Source: Candidatus Daviesbacteria bacterium GW2011_GWA1_41_61 (GTDB lineage: Bacteria > Patescibacteriota > Microgenomatia > Daviesbacterales > UBA10151). Taken from it: a stretch of 64,000 bases of DNA. The position numbers and the translations under genes are program-made. This document shows, piece by piece, positions 1 through 8,235 of the stretch. The notes beneath the pieces were generated by a model that worked only from the letters and a program-made list of their open reading frames with translations, did not search any database and was not told the DNA's origin. The stretch is from the NCBI GenBank assembly GCA_000997385.1, contig LCBT01000001.1, positions 49,707 through 113,706 on the forward strand. Reading direction: 5' to 3'. Positions within the stretch are counted from its first letter, which is position 1. Each line of letters begins with the position of its first letter.

Positions 1-1120
1 TAATTTTCCTCACATCATCAGCTCCTAAATCATGGGAAGGTTCCAAAGGAAAGTTGGAATGGACATGAAGATCCCCTTTCATATCTTTTAGCTCCACCAG
101 GTGTGGTAATTGATGCCCTAATGCCGCTTCAATCTCCCCTCTATCCTCTCTTAGCTCCGGAGGGGGAACATCCATTTTCAAAAGCTTGTAAAACTCCTCC
201 TCTGTGGGTGTGGGATGAACTCTACCTGTTTTGACATTTTTTACCCCATACTCAGACAAGGATAATCCCATTTTTTCTGCAATTGTCCTAAGATGAATAT
301 TGTGCATTTTGGAACCGGTAAAATATTGAAGCAGTGAGCCATAAGAGTGAGGTTTTAAAATCACAAAATCCACCTGTAAACCGGAAGAAAGATTCACAGT
401 CACTTTAGTCTCCCCCTTGTCAACAACTCGGGAAACCCCCGGCATAGAGACAATCTTTTCTACAACTTTAGAGGGTTCCCGAGAGGCTACAGCAAAATCC
501 AAATCTCCCACAGTGACTACCATCCTCCTTAAACTGCCCAAGACATCAATCCTTTCTACTGCAGACTGATCCTTAAGATAATTGATAATTTTTTCCGCTT
601 GAGTAAAAGCATAGGGAAGAAGTATCCTCCCACTCTTAATTTGGGGAAGAGTTTTCCTAAAGACATCTTCCATTCTTTGAGCTAACTTTTCTGAAAAACC
701 CTTTTTGATTAAGGCTTTGGATTTAAGCTGGTTTTCAAGATCATTTACACTTCTCACACCCAGTTTGCTAAGTTTTAAAGCTGTTTTTGGGCCAATTCCG
801 GGAACATCTAAAAGTTCAAATATAACTTTGGGAATCCCCTTTTTGACCTCTTCCCAGTGATCAACTTTTCCAGTTTTAAACAACTCTTCCAGATGATCTC
901 TCAAGCTTTCCCCCACACCGGGAATTTGATCAAGTCTGCCTTCCTCCCACAAATCATGTATCTCTGAAGTAGAGCATTCAATAACATCAGCAGCTGTTTC
1001 ATAAGCCCTGATCTGAAAAATATTACCCTGCCCCGAGCTTATCGAATGGGCTTTTTTGATGGTATAAGCAGCAGCTACTTCCCGAAGCTTTCTAGCTATC
1101 TGCCCATTAGTAAAAACCAT
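1..1120 (-). CDS. polX: DNA polymerase X / PHP-domain protein (3' end runs off the window)
   Basis: Manual translation from ATG at 1120: MVFTNGQIARKLREVAAAY...FQIRAYETAA...IPGVG...VPGIGPKTA...LGSLRRMVVTVGDLDF...LQYFTGSKMHNIHLR...GDLHVHS. These are the PolX HhH, GSxRR/GDxD catalytic and PHP HxH motifs. Confidence 0.95.
   Translation of the reverse strand, partial: MVFTNGQIARKLREVAAAYTIKKAHSISSGQGNIFQIRAYETAADVIECSTSEIHDLWEEGRLDQIPGVGESLRDHLEELFKTGKVDHWEEVKKGIPKVIFELLDVPGIGPKTALKLSKLGVRSVNDLENQLKSKALIKKGFSEKLAQRMEDVFRKTLPQIKSGRILLPYAFTQAEKIINYLKDQSAVERIDVLGSLRRMVVTVGDLDFAVASREPSKVVEKIVSMPGVSRVVDKGETKVTVNLSSGLQVDFVILKPHSYGSLLQYFTGSKMHNIHLRTIAEKMGLSLSEYGVKNVKTGRVHPTPTEEEFYKLLKMDVPPPELREDRGEIEAALGHQLPHLVELKDMKGDLHVHSNFPLEPSHDLGADDVRKI
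1028..1051. repeat. REP-like short palindromic element inserted in frame in polX (adds AHSISSGQ)
   Basis: Minus strand GCCCATTCGATAAGCTCGGGGC has GCCC/GGGC ends; its core TTCGATAA(G/A)CTC is shared with 4585-4603. Confidence 0.65.
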
Positions 1121-1148
1121 AGTATTAATATACATCTAGCTCATTTAA

Positions 1149-1177
1149 TTGACCATACCTAGAAGCTCTGGTAAAAT
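1149..1177 (+). promoter_or_regulatory. sigma70-type promoter of tRNA-Asp
   Basis: TTGACC-17 nt-TAAAAT, with extended -10 TGnTAAAAT. Confidence 0.8.
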
Positions 1178-1192
1178 ATATCAGGTTATTTT

Positions 1193-1265
1193 GGGCTCGT
1201 AGTGTAGCGGTCATCACGCCTCCCTGTCACGGAGGAGATCGCCGGTTCGAATCCGGTCGAGCCCG
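1193..1265 (+). tRNA. tRNA-Asp(GTC)
   Basis: Cloverleaf GGGCTCG...CGAGCCC; anticodon arm CCTCC-CTGTCAC-GGAGG; T loop GGTTCGAATCC; CCA not encoded. Confidence 0.97.
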
Positions 1266-1305
1266 CATAGGCACGAAATTTTAATAATTCTTTGAAAAAT
1301 AGTGG

Positions 1306-1339
1306 GTCTTGAAGCTAAAAGTGTTCGCATCCAGTCAAA
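1306..1339 (-). repeat. Repeat B copy 1 (TTTGAC-N6-CGAACACTTTTAG)
   Basis: Same motif and spacing as 4612-4645; lies just past the APH stop codon. Confidence 0.7.
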
Positions 1340-1342
1340 CGC

Positions 1343-2338
1343 TTATTTAAAATAATCTAAATCTCTTAAGAATTTCGCTTCTGCTTTTTCTACAGCTGGT
1401 TTATATTTCCGTTGATGATACCAATCTAAAATCTCTAAACCTTTAAATAATCTTAACATATGGAGCACATCTTCAAAATTATCTCCAAAAAGTGATTTAT
1501 CAGTATATCCTTCCTTTAACCATTCGGTTGGAATATATTCACCAAACCAGTAATCCCACATTGCAATGTCATATATTGGGGTATCGCTTCTAACCCCACC
1601 CCAGTCTAATATACCAGTGATTCTATTGTCTTTCATCATAAAGTGTTTGTGGCCAAAATCTCCATGGTTTAGGTGTGGTTTCACACCCCTATACCAATTT
1701 CTAAAACTGCCAATAATATCAAATGCTCGTCCAATTTGAGTTCTCTCAAGACCTTCCGCATCAGCTACACCCTCAAATTGCTTTCTTTTACCCATTAAAT
1801 AATCAATTAACTCATCAGAATTGGTATATTGGCCTTTTCCTGCTCCAATAATCCATCCTACTCCTTGAGTTTCAATAGAATGTATCCTTGACAGAATTTC
1901 CCCACCTTGTCTTATTAAATTTCTCTGTAAGGATAGATCTAGCTTTCCAAAGTCAATCCCACCTCTTTCCAGAGGCTCCCCATCTAATTTTTCCATTAAG
2001 CACAAAGAACGTTCTTCGCCTTCAACTTTTACATATTTCACCAAAAGGATTGTAGGGGCTGGAACCTTGACCTTTTTAGCTTCATTTATAGCCCAAATCT
2101 CTTGTTGAAAATCGGGATGACCATGAGGCGAGATTCTAAGTACTACATGCTGGCCCTTAGAAGTAGCAATATCATAAACCTCATTTGCTTCACCAGCAAC
2201 AATCTTTGTTTTAGAAACTACTTCTAATCCACACCCTTCTCTCACCACTCCTTCAATTACTTCATCAGGTGTTGCTAGTTTAGAGTGTACGGAAGCTAGA
2301 TATTTTTCATAATCAGTTGGTTCTTTTTTAGTATCCAT
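1343..2338 (-). CDS. Aminoglycoside/choline phosphotransferase-family (APH) kinase
   Basis: GEANEVY N-lobe, HGDFG catalytic loop, ILDWG metal-binding motif. Confidence 0.85.
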   Translation of the reverse strand: MDTKKEPTDYEKYLASVHSKLATPDEVIEGVVREGCGLEVVSKTKIVAGEANEVYDIATSKGQHVVLRISPHGHPDFQQEIWAINEAKKVKVPAPTILLVKYVKVEGEERSLCLMEKLDGEPLERGGIDFGKLDLSLQRNLIRQGGEILSRIHSIETQGVGWIIGAGKGQYTNSDELIDYLMGKRKQFEGVADAEGLERTQIGRAFDIIGSFRNWYRGVKPHLNHGDFGHKHFMMKDNRITGILDWGGVRSDTPIYDIAMWDYWFGEYIPTEWLKEGYTDKSLFGDNFEDVLHMLRLFKGLEILDWYHQRKYKPAVEKAEAKFLRDLDYFK

Positions 2339-2350
2339 GAAGTCAGTATA

Positions 2351-2442
2351 TCAAATCTGAATTACTATCTGTTGCAAAGTTTTGTACTGGTATATGATGC
2401 TTTTGTACAGGTGTTCAAGATTTTCACCCTTGAGTCCGCATA
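2351..2442 (-). repeat. Repeat A copy 1: att-like core plus cryptic tail CGLKGENLEHLYKSIIYQYKTLQQIVIQI*
   Basis: Manual translation; homologous to 3998-4086, 4940-5020 and 11501-11626. Confidence 0.75.
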
Positions 2443-2483
2443 AGTATAACATAAGAAAAGACCCTAGAATTTACGATAGTAAT

Positions 2484-3920
2484 TTATGGTACTGCATACA
2501 GCCTTTGACTGTGACGAAAACTTACATCAAAAGATTGTATAAGCTTCAGCTCATCAATATTTTTAGGAATCCATTTATTAACTAAAACAAAGGTTGGTTT
2601 GTCATCCGTTTTTTGCACCGCCACTGGTGCGTGAGGTAAAAATTTGTCGCCAAGTCTAAACGATCGGAGTATAATATTATTGTTATTTTCCAACATTCGG
2701 CGTAACCCATATTCCATGACATAACTTCCATCTAAATAAACGATAATCAGTTGACTATTCGATATATCTTTGATAAATGATGCGATTTCAAAAAGAGTGG
2801 AACCAGAGGTATAATTTTCAAAATAGACAAATTTATCTTCTAAAGCCATTTCTGTCTGATTAGTGGATTGAGTAATTTCTAAGCTAAGTTCTAATCTTAA
2901 TAACAACATAATACCAAAAAATATTAGAGCAATTTTTTTTGGTATTTCTGATAAAATTCCTGAAACAAGGATAACTATTGGAAAAAGAAGAAGTAATGTA
3001 TGTCTGGGGAAATAAAATCTGTTAAAAATTATCATGGGAAGGGCAGCAGCCAATAACCAAATTAAGGCTATAAAATATATCGTGGTAAATTTCAGTTTTT
3101 TAAAAAAAAGAATAATGGGGACTAATATCAGAATAAAATGACCGTAATAAGTCCAAAACCAATGAAGAGTTAACCAAAGATTATTATAAATCTTATGAGT
3201 TATTTCTGAAAGTTGAAGATTGGTTATAAAACTAGACCCACTATCATCCAGAATAGGCTGAAAATGAGGCCATAATGTTATTGCCATTATTAAGATGGTA
3301 AGAAGATAAATGCAGGCAATTTTTAAATAAATTGCTTTATTTACTTTGATAGTTTTTGCATTAATCATTAATATTGCTACAGCTACCGGGATTCCAAAAA
3401 AGGCTGTTGCTTTGGTTAAGAAAGCAAATAGCAGACTAACAAACAATCCCGTGAAATTGAATTTAGTGGGGTTATTTAAGCTATTGATAGTGAAGTATAA
3501 GTACCAAGCCGTAAAAACTAGGACCAATGTATCAAGTAAGGCAACACCGGAATTGAGTAATAATACCGGCGAAAATAGTAAAAAAATAGAGGCAAAATAA
3601 AGAAAGTTATCAGGTAAATTATACAACCTCGCAAATTTAGCAACCCAAATAATCAAGGAGGATGCCAGTAAGATATTTACTACTCTTCCTGCAAGGAAAC
3701 TGTCTTTTATTAGGAAAGTGAATACAGCTACAAGCCAACCAAACATAGGCATAAGGCCATTTTCCGAAAAAATAAAAAAGTTATTTATGGGGTCTTTGAC
3801 TATCTCATCTGCAAGTAATAAGAACATTGCTTCATCTTCAAACAAAGGAAAATTCTTTAAATCAATTAAATGCAGAGCTATAAAGAGGGATATAATAAAG
3901 AAGATGAATTTATTCTTCAT
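2484..3920 (-). CDS. GT-C fold membrane glycosyltransferase (ArnT/PMT-like)
   Basis: N-terminal TM followed by FEDEA motif; many TM helices; FLTKATA and YFPRH motifs. Confidence 0.75.
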   Translation of the reverse strand: MKNKFIFFIISLFIALHLIDLKNFPLFEDEAMFLLLADEIVKDPINNFFIFSENGLMPMFGWLVAVFTFLIKDSFLAGRVVNILLASSLIIWVAKFARLYNLPDNFLYFASIFLLFSPVLLLNSGVALLDTLVLVFTAWYLYFTINSLNNPTKFNFTGLFVSLLFAFLTKATAFFGIPVAVAILMINAKTIKVNKAIYLKIACIYLLTILIMAITLWPHFQPILDDSGSSFITNLQLSEITHKIYNNLWLTLHWFWTYYGHFILILVPIILFFKKLKFTTIYFIALIWLLAAALPMIIFNRFYFPRHTLLLLFPIVILVSGILSEIPKKIALIFFGIMLLLRLELSLEITQSTNQTEMALEDKFVYFENYTSGSTLFEIASFIKDISNSQLIIVYLDGSYVMEYGLRRMLENNNNIILRSFRLGDKFLPHAPVAVQKTDDKPTFVLVNKWIPKNIDELKLIQSFDVSFRHSQRLYAVP

Positions 3921-3997
3921 ATTTTAATTTGGGTGTGTTTTCTAAAACCATTTTCTCAATTATACACTATGGTTACCCAGGGTTTTTACAATCTGCC

Positions 3998-4086
3998 CTA
4001 GGTATGAGTATCTATTTGTTGCAATGCTTTGTATTGATAAATTACTCTTTAAAGAAGTGTTCGAATTTTAAACCCTCAAGCCCGCA
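3998..4086 (-). repeat. Repeat A copy 2: att-like core plus tail CGLEGLKFEHFFKE/(1-nt deletion)/IYQYKALQQIDTHT*
   Basis: Aligns with copy 1 with one base missing; begins at AGCCCGCA, identical to the tRNA-Asp 3' end. Confidence 0.75.
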
Positions 4087-4161
4087 GAAATCAAAAGTCC
4101 GGTATTACAAAACTGTTTAGAACCCGATGTTGATATATTTAGCTCCTAAAGAATTATTTAA

Positions 4162-4491
4162 CTAAATAGGTAGTCCTAGGTGTTCTTTAATTTCATCAAT
4201 TTCTCTTTTTGCCTTATCTGATTCCAGAGAAATCTTATCCCAAATAGCTCCGGTTGTTTGTTGAAGATCTACTACATCGACTGTCAAAGCGTCAATTTTT
4301 TCTCCCAGAGATTCTATGTTACTGTCTAACCTGGCCAAATCCTTACTTAAATCTCGTAAATTATTATTAGCTTTTAATCTTTCGATATTAGATTCATCCA
4401 ATTTTTGCTTCAATTTAGCTACCTCTCCATGAAGAGGCTTGATTTCTTCTTGAAAAACGAGCTTTATCTTTTTTATATCTTCATCAGTCAT
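4162..4491 (-). CDS. Hypothetical coiled-coil protein
   Basis: 109-aa ORF with heptad pattern; TGnTATTCT just upstream of ATG. Confidence 0.7.
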   Translation of the reverse strand: MTDEDIKKIKLVFQEEIKPLHGEVAKLKQKLDESNIERLKANNNLRDLSKDLARLDSNIESLGEKIDALTVDVVDLQQTTGAIWDKISLESDKAKREIDEIKEHLGLPI

Positions 4492-4584
4492 AAAAATAGA
4501 ATATCAAAAATGGATAAAAACTAAAAGATGATCAACTATATCAAATTTGTGGAAGTTTTTTAAATTTGAGGTTACAATCCTAAT

Positions 4585-4618
4585 CACTTCGATAAACTCA
4601 GTGTAAACTGTGTCGAAG
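4585..4618. repeat. REP-like element CACTTCGATAAACTCAGTG with CTTCGA/TCGAAG inverted ends
   Basis: Inverted repeat 4587-4592 / 4613-4618; core shared with the polX insertion. Confidence 0.6.
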
Positions 4619-4645
4619 AACTAAAAGTGTTCGAGTAGTGTCAAA
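4612..4645 (-). repeat. Repeat B copy 2
   Basis: TTTGAC-ACTACT-CGAACACTTTTAG; contains the Nudix stop codon. Confidence 0.7.
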
Positions 4646-4943
4646 AGGAAGTAAATATATATTTTTTATAGAGAACTGCCGTATCGGGACATAGTTCATT
4701 ATCAATAAAATCATCTCCCTGGTAATTTATATCAAACAGGTATTTAACAGGAGTAGTAAGTCCTGTTTCCTCAAAAAATTCTCTTCTAGTCGCTTCTTCT
4801 GGCTTTTCGCCTTCATTAATGTGTCCACCAGCACCTAAACCATATTTGTTAGGGAAATTCTTCTTATGAGAACTTCTCTGATGTACAAAAAATTTTCCTT
4901 TATCATTCCGAACAATGATTACTACAATGGGAATAGAATTCAT
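4641..4943 (-). CDS. Nudix hydrolase, short and probably internally deleted
   Basis: Nudix box GGHINEGEKPEEATRREFFEETGL; only 100 aa. Confidence 0.75.
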   Translation of the reverse strand: MNSIPIVVIIVRNDKGKFFVHQRSSHKKNFPNKYGLGAGGHINEGEKPEEATRREFFEETGLTTPVKYLFDINYQGDDFIDNELCPDTAVLYKKYIFTSF

Positions 4944-5020
4944 AAAAAAATTATACTATTCAAAACCTCATATTGCTTGATCAAACTTTTATAAAGGTGT
5001 TCACATTTTGAACCCTCAAA
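4940..5020 (-). repeat. Repeat A copy 3: tail FEGSKCEHLYKSLIKQYEVLNSIIFL* (att core degenerate)
   Basis: Manual translation; its TGA overlaps the Nudix ATG. Confidence 0.7.
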
Positions 5021-5399
5021 TCAATGGACTCTGTAGTCTACAGAGATAATATACTAAACCCAATCTAATTGGGTAAATATATTACCTAGGTAATAAATAT
5101 ACTCTTTAGCGTCATTTGTTATAATTCCCGAGGTTTACCGTAATATTTTCAACACTTTTTTGTATTTGTTAAATCCTATAATTTCTCCCTTTTAGATTAA
5201 ATATATTCTTCTACTAAAACCTTTAAATATTTTTTAAATGTTAAGTTTTTTGTAAAAATAGTTATGCAAAGAGAGTTGAAATTTAAATCATTTAAATCCA
5301 GCTTTCTAGATTACCCCAGCCCAACCTCTTGACAAAAGTTAAATTATCAGGTAAATAGAAGCTACAAATCGACCTATCTGCCTAGGGAAGAGTAAGGAG

Positions 5400-6050
5400 G
5401 TGAGTAAATTGCCAAAAAATATAAAAAGAGGTTCTGAAAACAGATCCTTTGCCGATAAACTTCAATCCGAAGTTAAAGGAAACAAATCCTATATTAATTT
5501 AGTTTTGGGACTGCTGATAGTTTTTGTAGCTGGTATTTTAGTACTTAATTACTTTAAGAAAAACCAAGACAACTTGGGACCAGCTCAACAGGTAGCTACT
5601 GAGGAAAACCAAGGAGATGTCCAACCTGATAAACTACCTGGTAAATACACGGTTAAAGAAGGTGATACTCTTTATTTAATTGCTGAAAAATATTATCAAG
5701 ATGGTTACAAATTCCCTAAACTAGCTGAAGCTAACAAGCTCAATGATGTTAACACTTTAGAGGTAGGACAAGTCTTGGATATTCCTAAATTAGAGAAGAC
5801 TACCCTGGCTACAACAGAAACCACCGAAATAAAAGATAGTGGAACTGGTACAGGTGGAGCTGTCAACCAAACCGTTTGGGGTGAAACAATTTCCGGTGAT
5901 TCTTATACTGTTGTAGAAGGAGACTGGTTATCTAAAATAGCAGGAAGGGCTTATGGAGATATCATGGCTTTTGACAAAATTGCCAAAGCTAACAATATTG
6001 CCAATCCTGATGTTATAGAACCAGGCACGGTCTTAAAGATCCCAAGATAA
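5400..6050 (+). CDS. Membrane-anchored protein with two LysM domains
   Basis: One TM, then YTVKEGDTLYLIA...GQVLDIP and YTVVEGDWLSKIA...GTVLKIP. Confidence 0.92.
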   Translation: MSKLPKNIKRGSENRSFADKLQSEVKGNKSYINLVLGLLIVFVAGILVLNYFKKNQDNLGPAQQVATEENQGDVQPDKLPGKYTVKEGDTLYLIAEKYYQDGYKFPKLAEANKLNDVNTLEVGQVLDIPKLEKTTLATTETTEIKDSGTGTGGAVNQTVWGETISGDSYTVVEGDWLSKIAGRAYGDIMAFDKIAKANNIANPDVIEPGTVLKIPR

Positions 6051-6067
6051 TCCACACGATCTCGTAC

Positions 6068-6096
6068 TTGAGCCTGCTTTAAGGGAAGGATATAAT
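6068..6096 (+). promoter_or_regulatory. sigma70 promoter of tRNA-Gly
   Basis: TTGAGC-17 nt-TATAAT. Confidence 0.75.
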
Positions 6097-6109
6097 AACC
6101 TCACAAAGT

Positions 6110-6183
6110 GCGGGATTGGTTCAGTGGCAGAACGCTACCTTCCCAAGGTAGAAATGCGAGTTCGATTCTCGTATCCCGCTCCA
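6110..6183 (+). tRNA. tRNA-Gly(CCC)
   Basis: GCGGGAT...ATCCCGC-T-CCA; anticodon arm CTACC-TTCCCAA-GGTAG. Confidence 0.97.
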
Positions 6184-6285
6184 TAGGATTTTTATCGAAC
6201 TGACAAATTTTAGCTTCGGAATGTCTCTAAAATTTCTCAGAATCTATGCTTATAACCTAATACCCTAACGGGGTTCGAACTAATC

Positions 6286-6459
6286 TTAAACGCGCCATTT
6301 CTCCTCTTGATCAACTTCTTCAAAATCTCCCATCCATTTTGAACCATAAACATGTTGCATAACAGCACATGCTAATAAATAAACAACTTCTTGTATCTCT
6401 TTCAGTTCCTCATCTGATAAAACAGGGTAATATTTTCTGATTACGTCTAATGGTAACAT
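6286..6459 (-). CDS. Small hypothetical protein, 57 aa, absent from the ORF track
   Basis: MLPLDVIRKYYPVLSDEELKEIQEVVYLLACAVMQHVYGSKWMGDFEEVDQEEKWRV; strong SD GGAGGTGA upstream. Confidence 0.7.
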   Translation of the reverse strand: MLPLDVIRKYYPVLSDEELKEIQEVVYLLACAVMQHVYGSKWMGDFEEVDQEEKWRV

Positions 6460-6540
6460 CTTAAATAATCACCTCCAGTTCTATTCTTTATTAAAACTTC
6501 CGTTTTGCTTTTGTAATCTAAATCTGCTATTAATTAGATA

Positions 6541-7188
6541 ATGTCTAATCAAAAGGGATTATCTATTATTTTTGTTTTATTAGGAGTTATTGCAGTAATT
6601 GGTTCAGCTGTAGGAGTATATTTTATAGGTAAATCCCAGCTTCCGAAATCTCAAACTCAGAATCAGTCTATTTCTCAAACTCCACAACCTGCTCCTGTTA
6701 TTTCTTCTTCTGACGAAACTGCGAACTGGAAAACATATACAAATACGGAAATTGGATTTAAGGTTAAGTATCCTATTGGATGGGAGTATTCCGAAGTGAG
6801 AGAAGGTGATCCTCTTCATTTGTATTTTTATCCTAAACACAGTAGCGATCTTAAACCTAGAGACTCCAACGAGGCTCTGGCGCCGATTGAACTGGTTATA
6901 TTAAACGATTCTAACGCTCTTCAATGTTTGGCTGAAGATCAGAAAGCATGTCTAGATTTCAAGGTTGATGGAGTTTCTGCTAAGAAATACTCCTTAAAGA
7001 ACTTCCATGAAGTAGTTGCCTTTAAAAACAAAAACGGTAATCTCTTTTTCGAATTAATGAGTCCTAAATTCGATAAAAATGCTTTTGCTCCAGGGTCTTA
7101 TAAGGAATACTACAACTTCTATAACATATCTGAAGCAGAACGTAAGAAAATTTTTGATCAAATACTTTCTACCTTTAGATTCTTCTAA
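6541..7188 (+). CDS. Membrane-anchored exported protein (pilin-like N-terminus, PsbP-like C-terminal domain)
   Basis: QKG-hydrophobic N-terminus, P/Q/S linker, WKTYTN...FKVKYP and terminal FDQILSTFRF. Confidence 0.7.
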   Translation: MSNQKGLSIIFVLLGVIAVIGSAVGVYFIGKSQLPKSQTQNQSISQTPQPAPVISSSDETANWKTYTNTEIGFKVKYPIGWEYSEVREGDPLHLYFYPKHSSDLKPRDSNEALAPIELVILNDSNALQCLAEDQKACLDFKVDGVSAKKYSLKNFHEVVAFKNKNGNLFFELMSPKFDKNAFAPGSYKEYYNFYNISEAERKKIFDQILSTFRFF

Positions 7189-7243
7189 CACTCTGCGAAT
7201 CTCAATATCCAGTTAAGCATTGAAGAAGGTGACGCAACTGAGC

Positions 7244-8119
7244 TTATTTCTTCTGTAGTTTTTTATTTTGTTCCTTAGGTAAATAATTCTGTGATGTAAT
7301 CACTTTTCTGCCGGTTTCGCGTTCAAGATTTGACCTGGCATCTCCGGCAATTTTGCCACCACGTCTGGAAACCTTTTTATTTTTCTCAAACCCTCGAGGG
7401 TGTTCTGTTTTGGTAATCTCTGTGGTGGCTGCTTCACCAAGTTGCGAGAATAAAAGTTCCAAGTCACTCATATGATCACGTAGATTTTGACGCTTGAGTC
7501 CTTTTATTTTCTTATATTCAGATGGAGTAACACCGAAGGTTGCTTTGGATATTTCTGCAGTTAATATTTCGTACTCTTTTGCCAGTTCTACACCATGTTT
7601 TTGCCATTCGTCTGTTAATTCTTCCCTAATGGCAATAGAACGCATCCGTCTTTCGATCCAATCCTCCGGATATCCTTTGGCTTTGTAAAGTGCTCTAGCC
7701 CGCTTTTGAGCTAACTCAGGGTCTTCTATTTCCTGCACTCTTTCATAACCAACTCTGGCTAACCATCTTTTAAAAGGTTCTGCCTTAGGTGAAGGAATTG
7801 ATTGGATAATCCTAAAAATACCTTCAGTATTAGCACATCTTACTTTCTGTTTTCCTCCTGAGGTTTCAATTAAAAGGGGGTGTTCAATTTGAACCCACCC
7901 TTTAGCCAATTCATCATCTCGGTTAAGCATATTCTTTAGGTATTGCTTGGGGTTTTGCGAATCTGTTAAAGCAGCGATTACATCTGTAATAACAAACCAC
8001 CATTCATTTTGATAAATTGTTTTACGGATTTTCCTATTTCGGAAAATGGCTATTTTAGTTGTTTGCGCTGTTTCTTGATTCATCGTTGTTAAAAATTGTT
8101 GCTGTACTTTATTATACAT
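7244..8119 (-). CDS. Bro-N domain / phage antirepressor-like DNA-binding protein (start may be 8083)
   Basis: IRK...EWWFVITDVI...RIIQSIPSPKAEPFKRWLA...NLRDHM, typical of the Bro-N family. Confidence 0.85.
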   Translation of the reverse strand: MYNKVQQQFLTTMNQETAQTTKIAIFRNRKIRKTIYQNEWWFVITDVIAALTDSQNPKQYLKNMLNRDDELAKGWVQIEHPLLIETSGGKQKVRCANTEGIFRIIQSIPSPKAEPFKRWLARVGYERVQEIEDPELAQKRARALYKAKGYPEDWIERRMRSIAIREELTDEWQKHGVELAKEYEILTAEISKATFGVTPSEYKKIKGLKRQNLRDHMSDLELLFSQLGEAATTEITKTEHPRGFEKNKKVSRRGGKIAGDARSNLERETGRKVITSQNYLPKEQNKKLQKK

Positions 8120-8235
8120 AGAAAACCCGCAACTACCAGTGGTTTTATAAGAAAGAATCAGGTTACTTTCGAAAAAGAAAATTTTTCAGGGCTAAATTAG
8201 GCTCCAATTCATACAAAAAATCTGGTAAAATAAGC

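Larger units (their letters stand above)
1260..5020. mobile_element. Tandem stack of small tRNA-Asp-anchored islets with no intact recombinase
   Basis: The tRNA 3'-end sequence is repeated at 2432-2442 (GAGTCCGCATA vs GAGCCCGCATA) and 4079-4086 (AGCCCGCA). Each copy adjoins a homologous ~90-nt tail; a third tail lies at 4940-5020. Confidence 0.7.

Noticed and set aside
1343-2338. Calling the APH-family gene an antibiotic resistance gene
   Set aside because: The motifs support only the kinase superfamily; the substrate cannot be inferred.
2382-4120. Plus-strand ORFs 2382, 3346, 3718 and 3929
   Set aside because: They are antisense to the GT-C gene or the tails and have no motifs.
1306-5020. 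Recurrent GTGTTC motifs as a CRISPR array
   Set aside because: The repeats are degenerate and separated by whole genes; no cas genes are present.
1306-5020. Classical integron
   Set aside because: No intI, and no attC hairpins with RYYYAAC/GTTRRRY ends were recognised.
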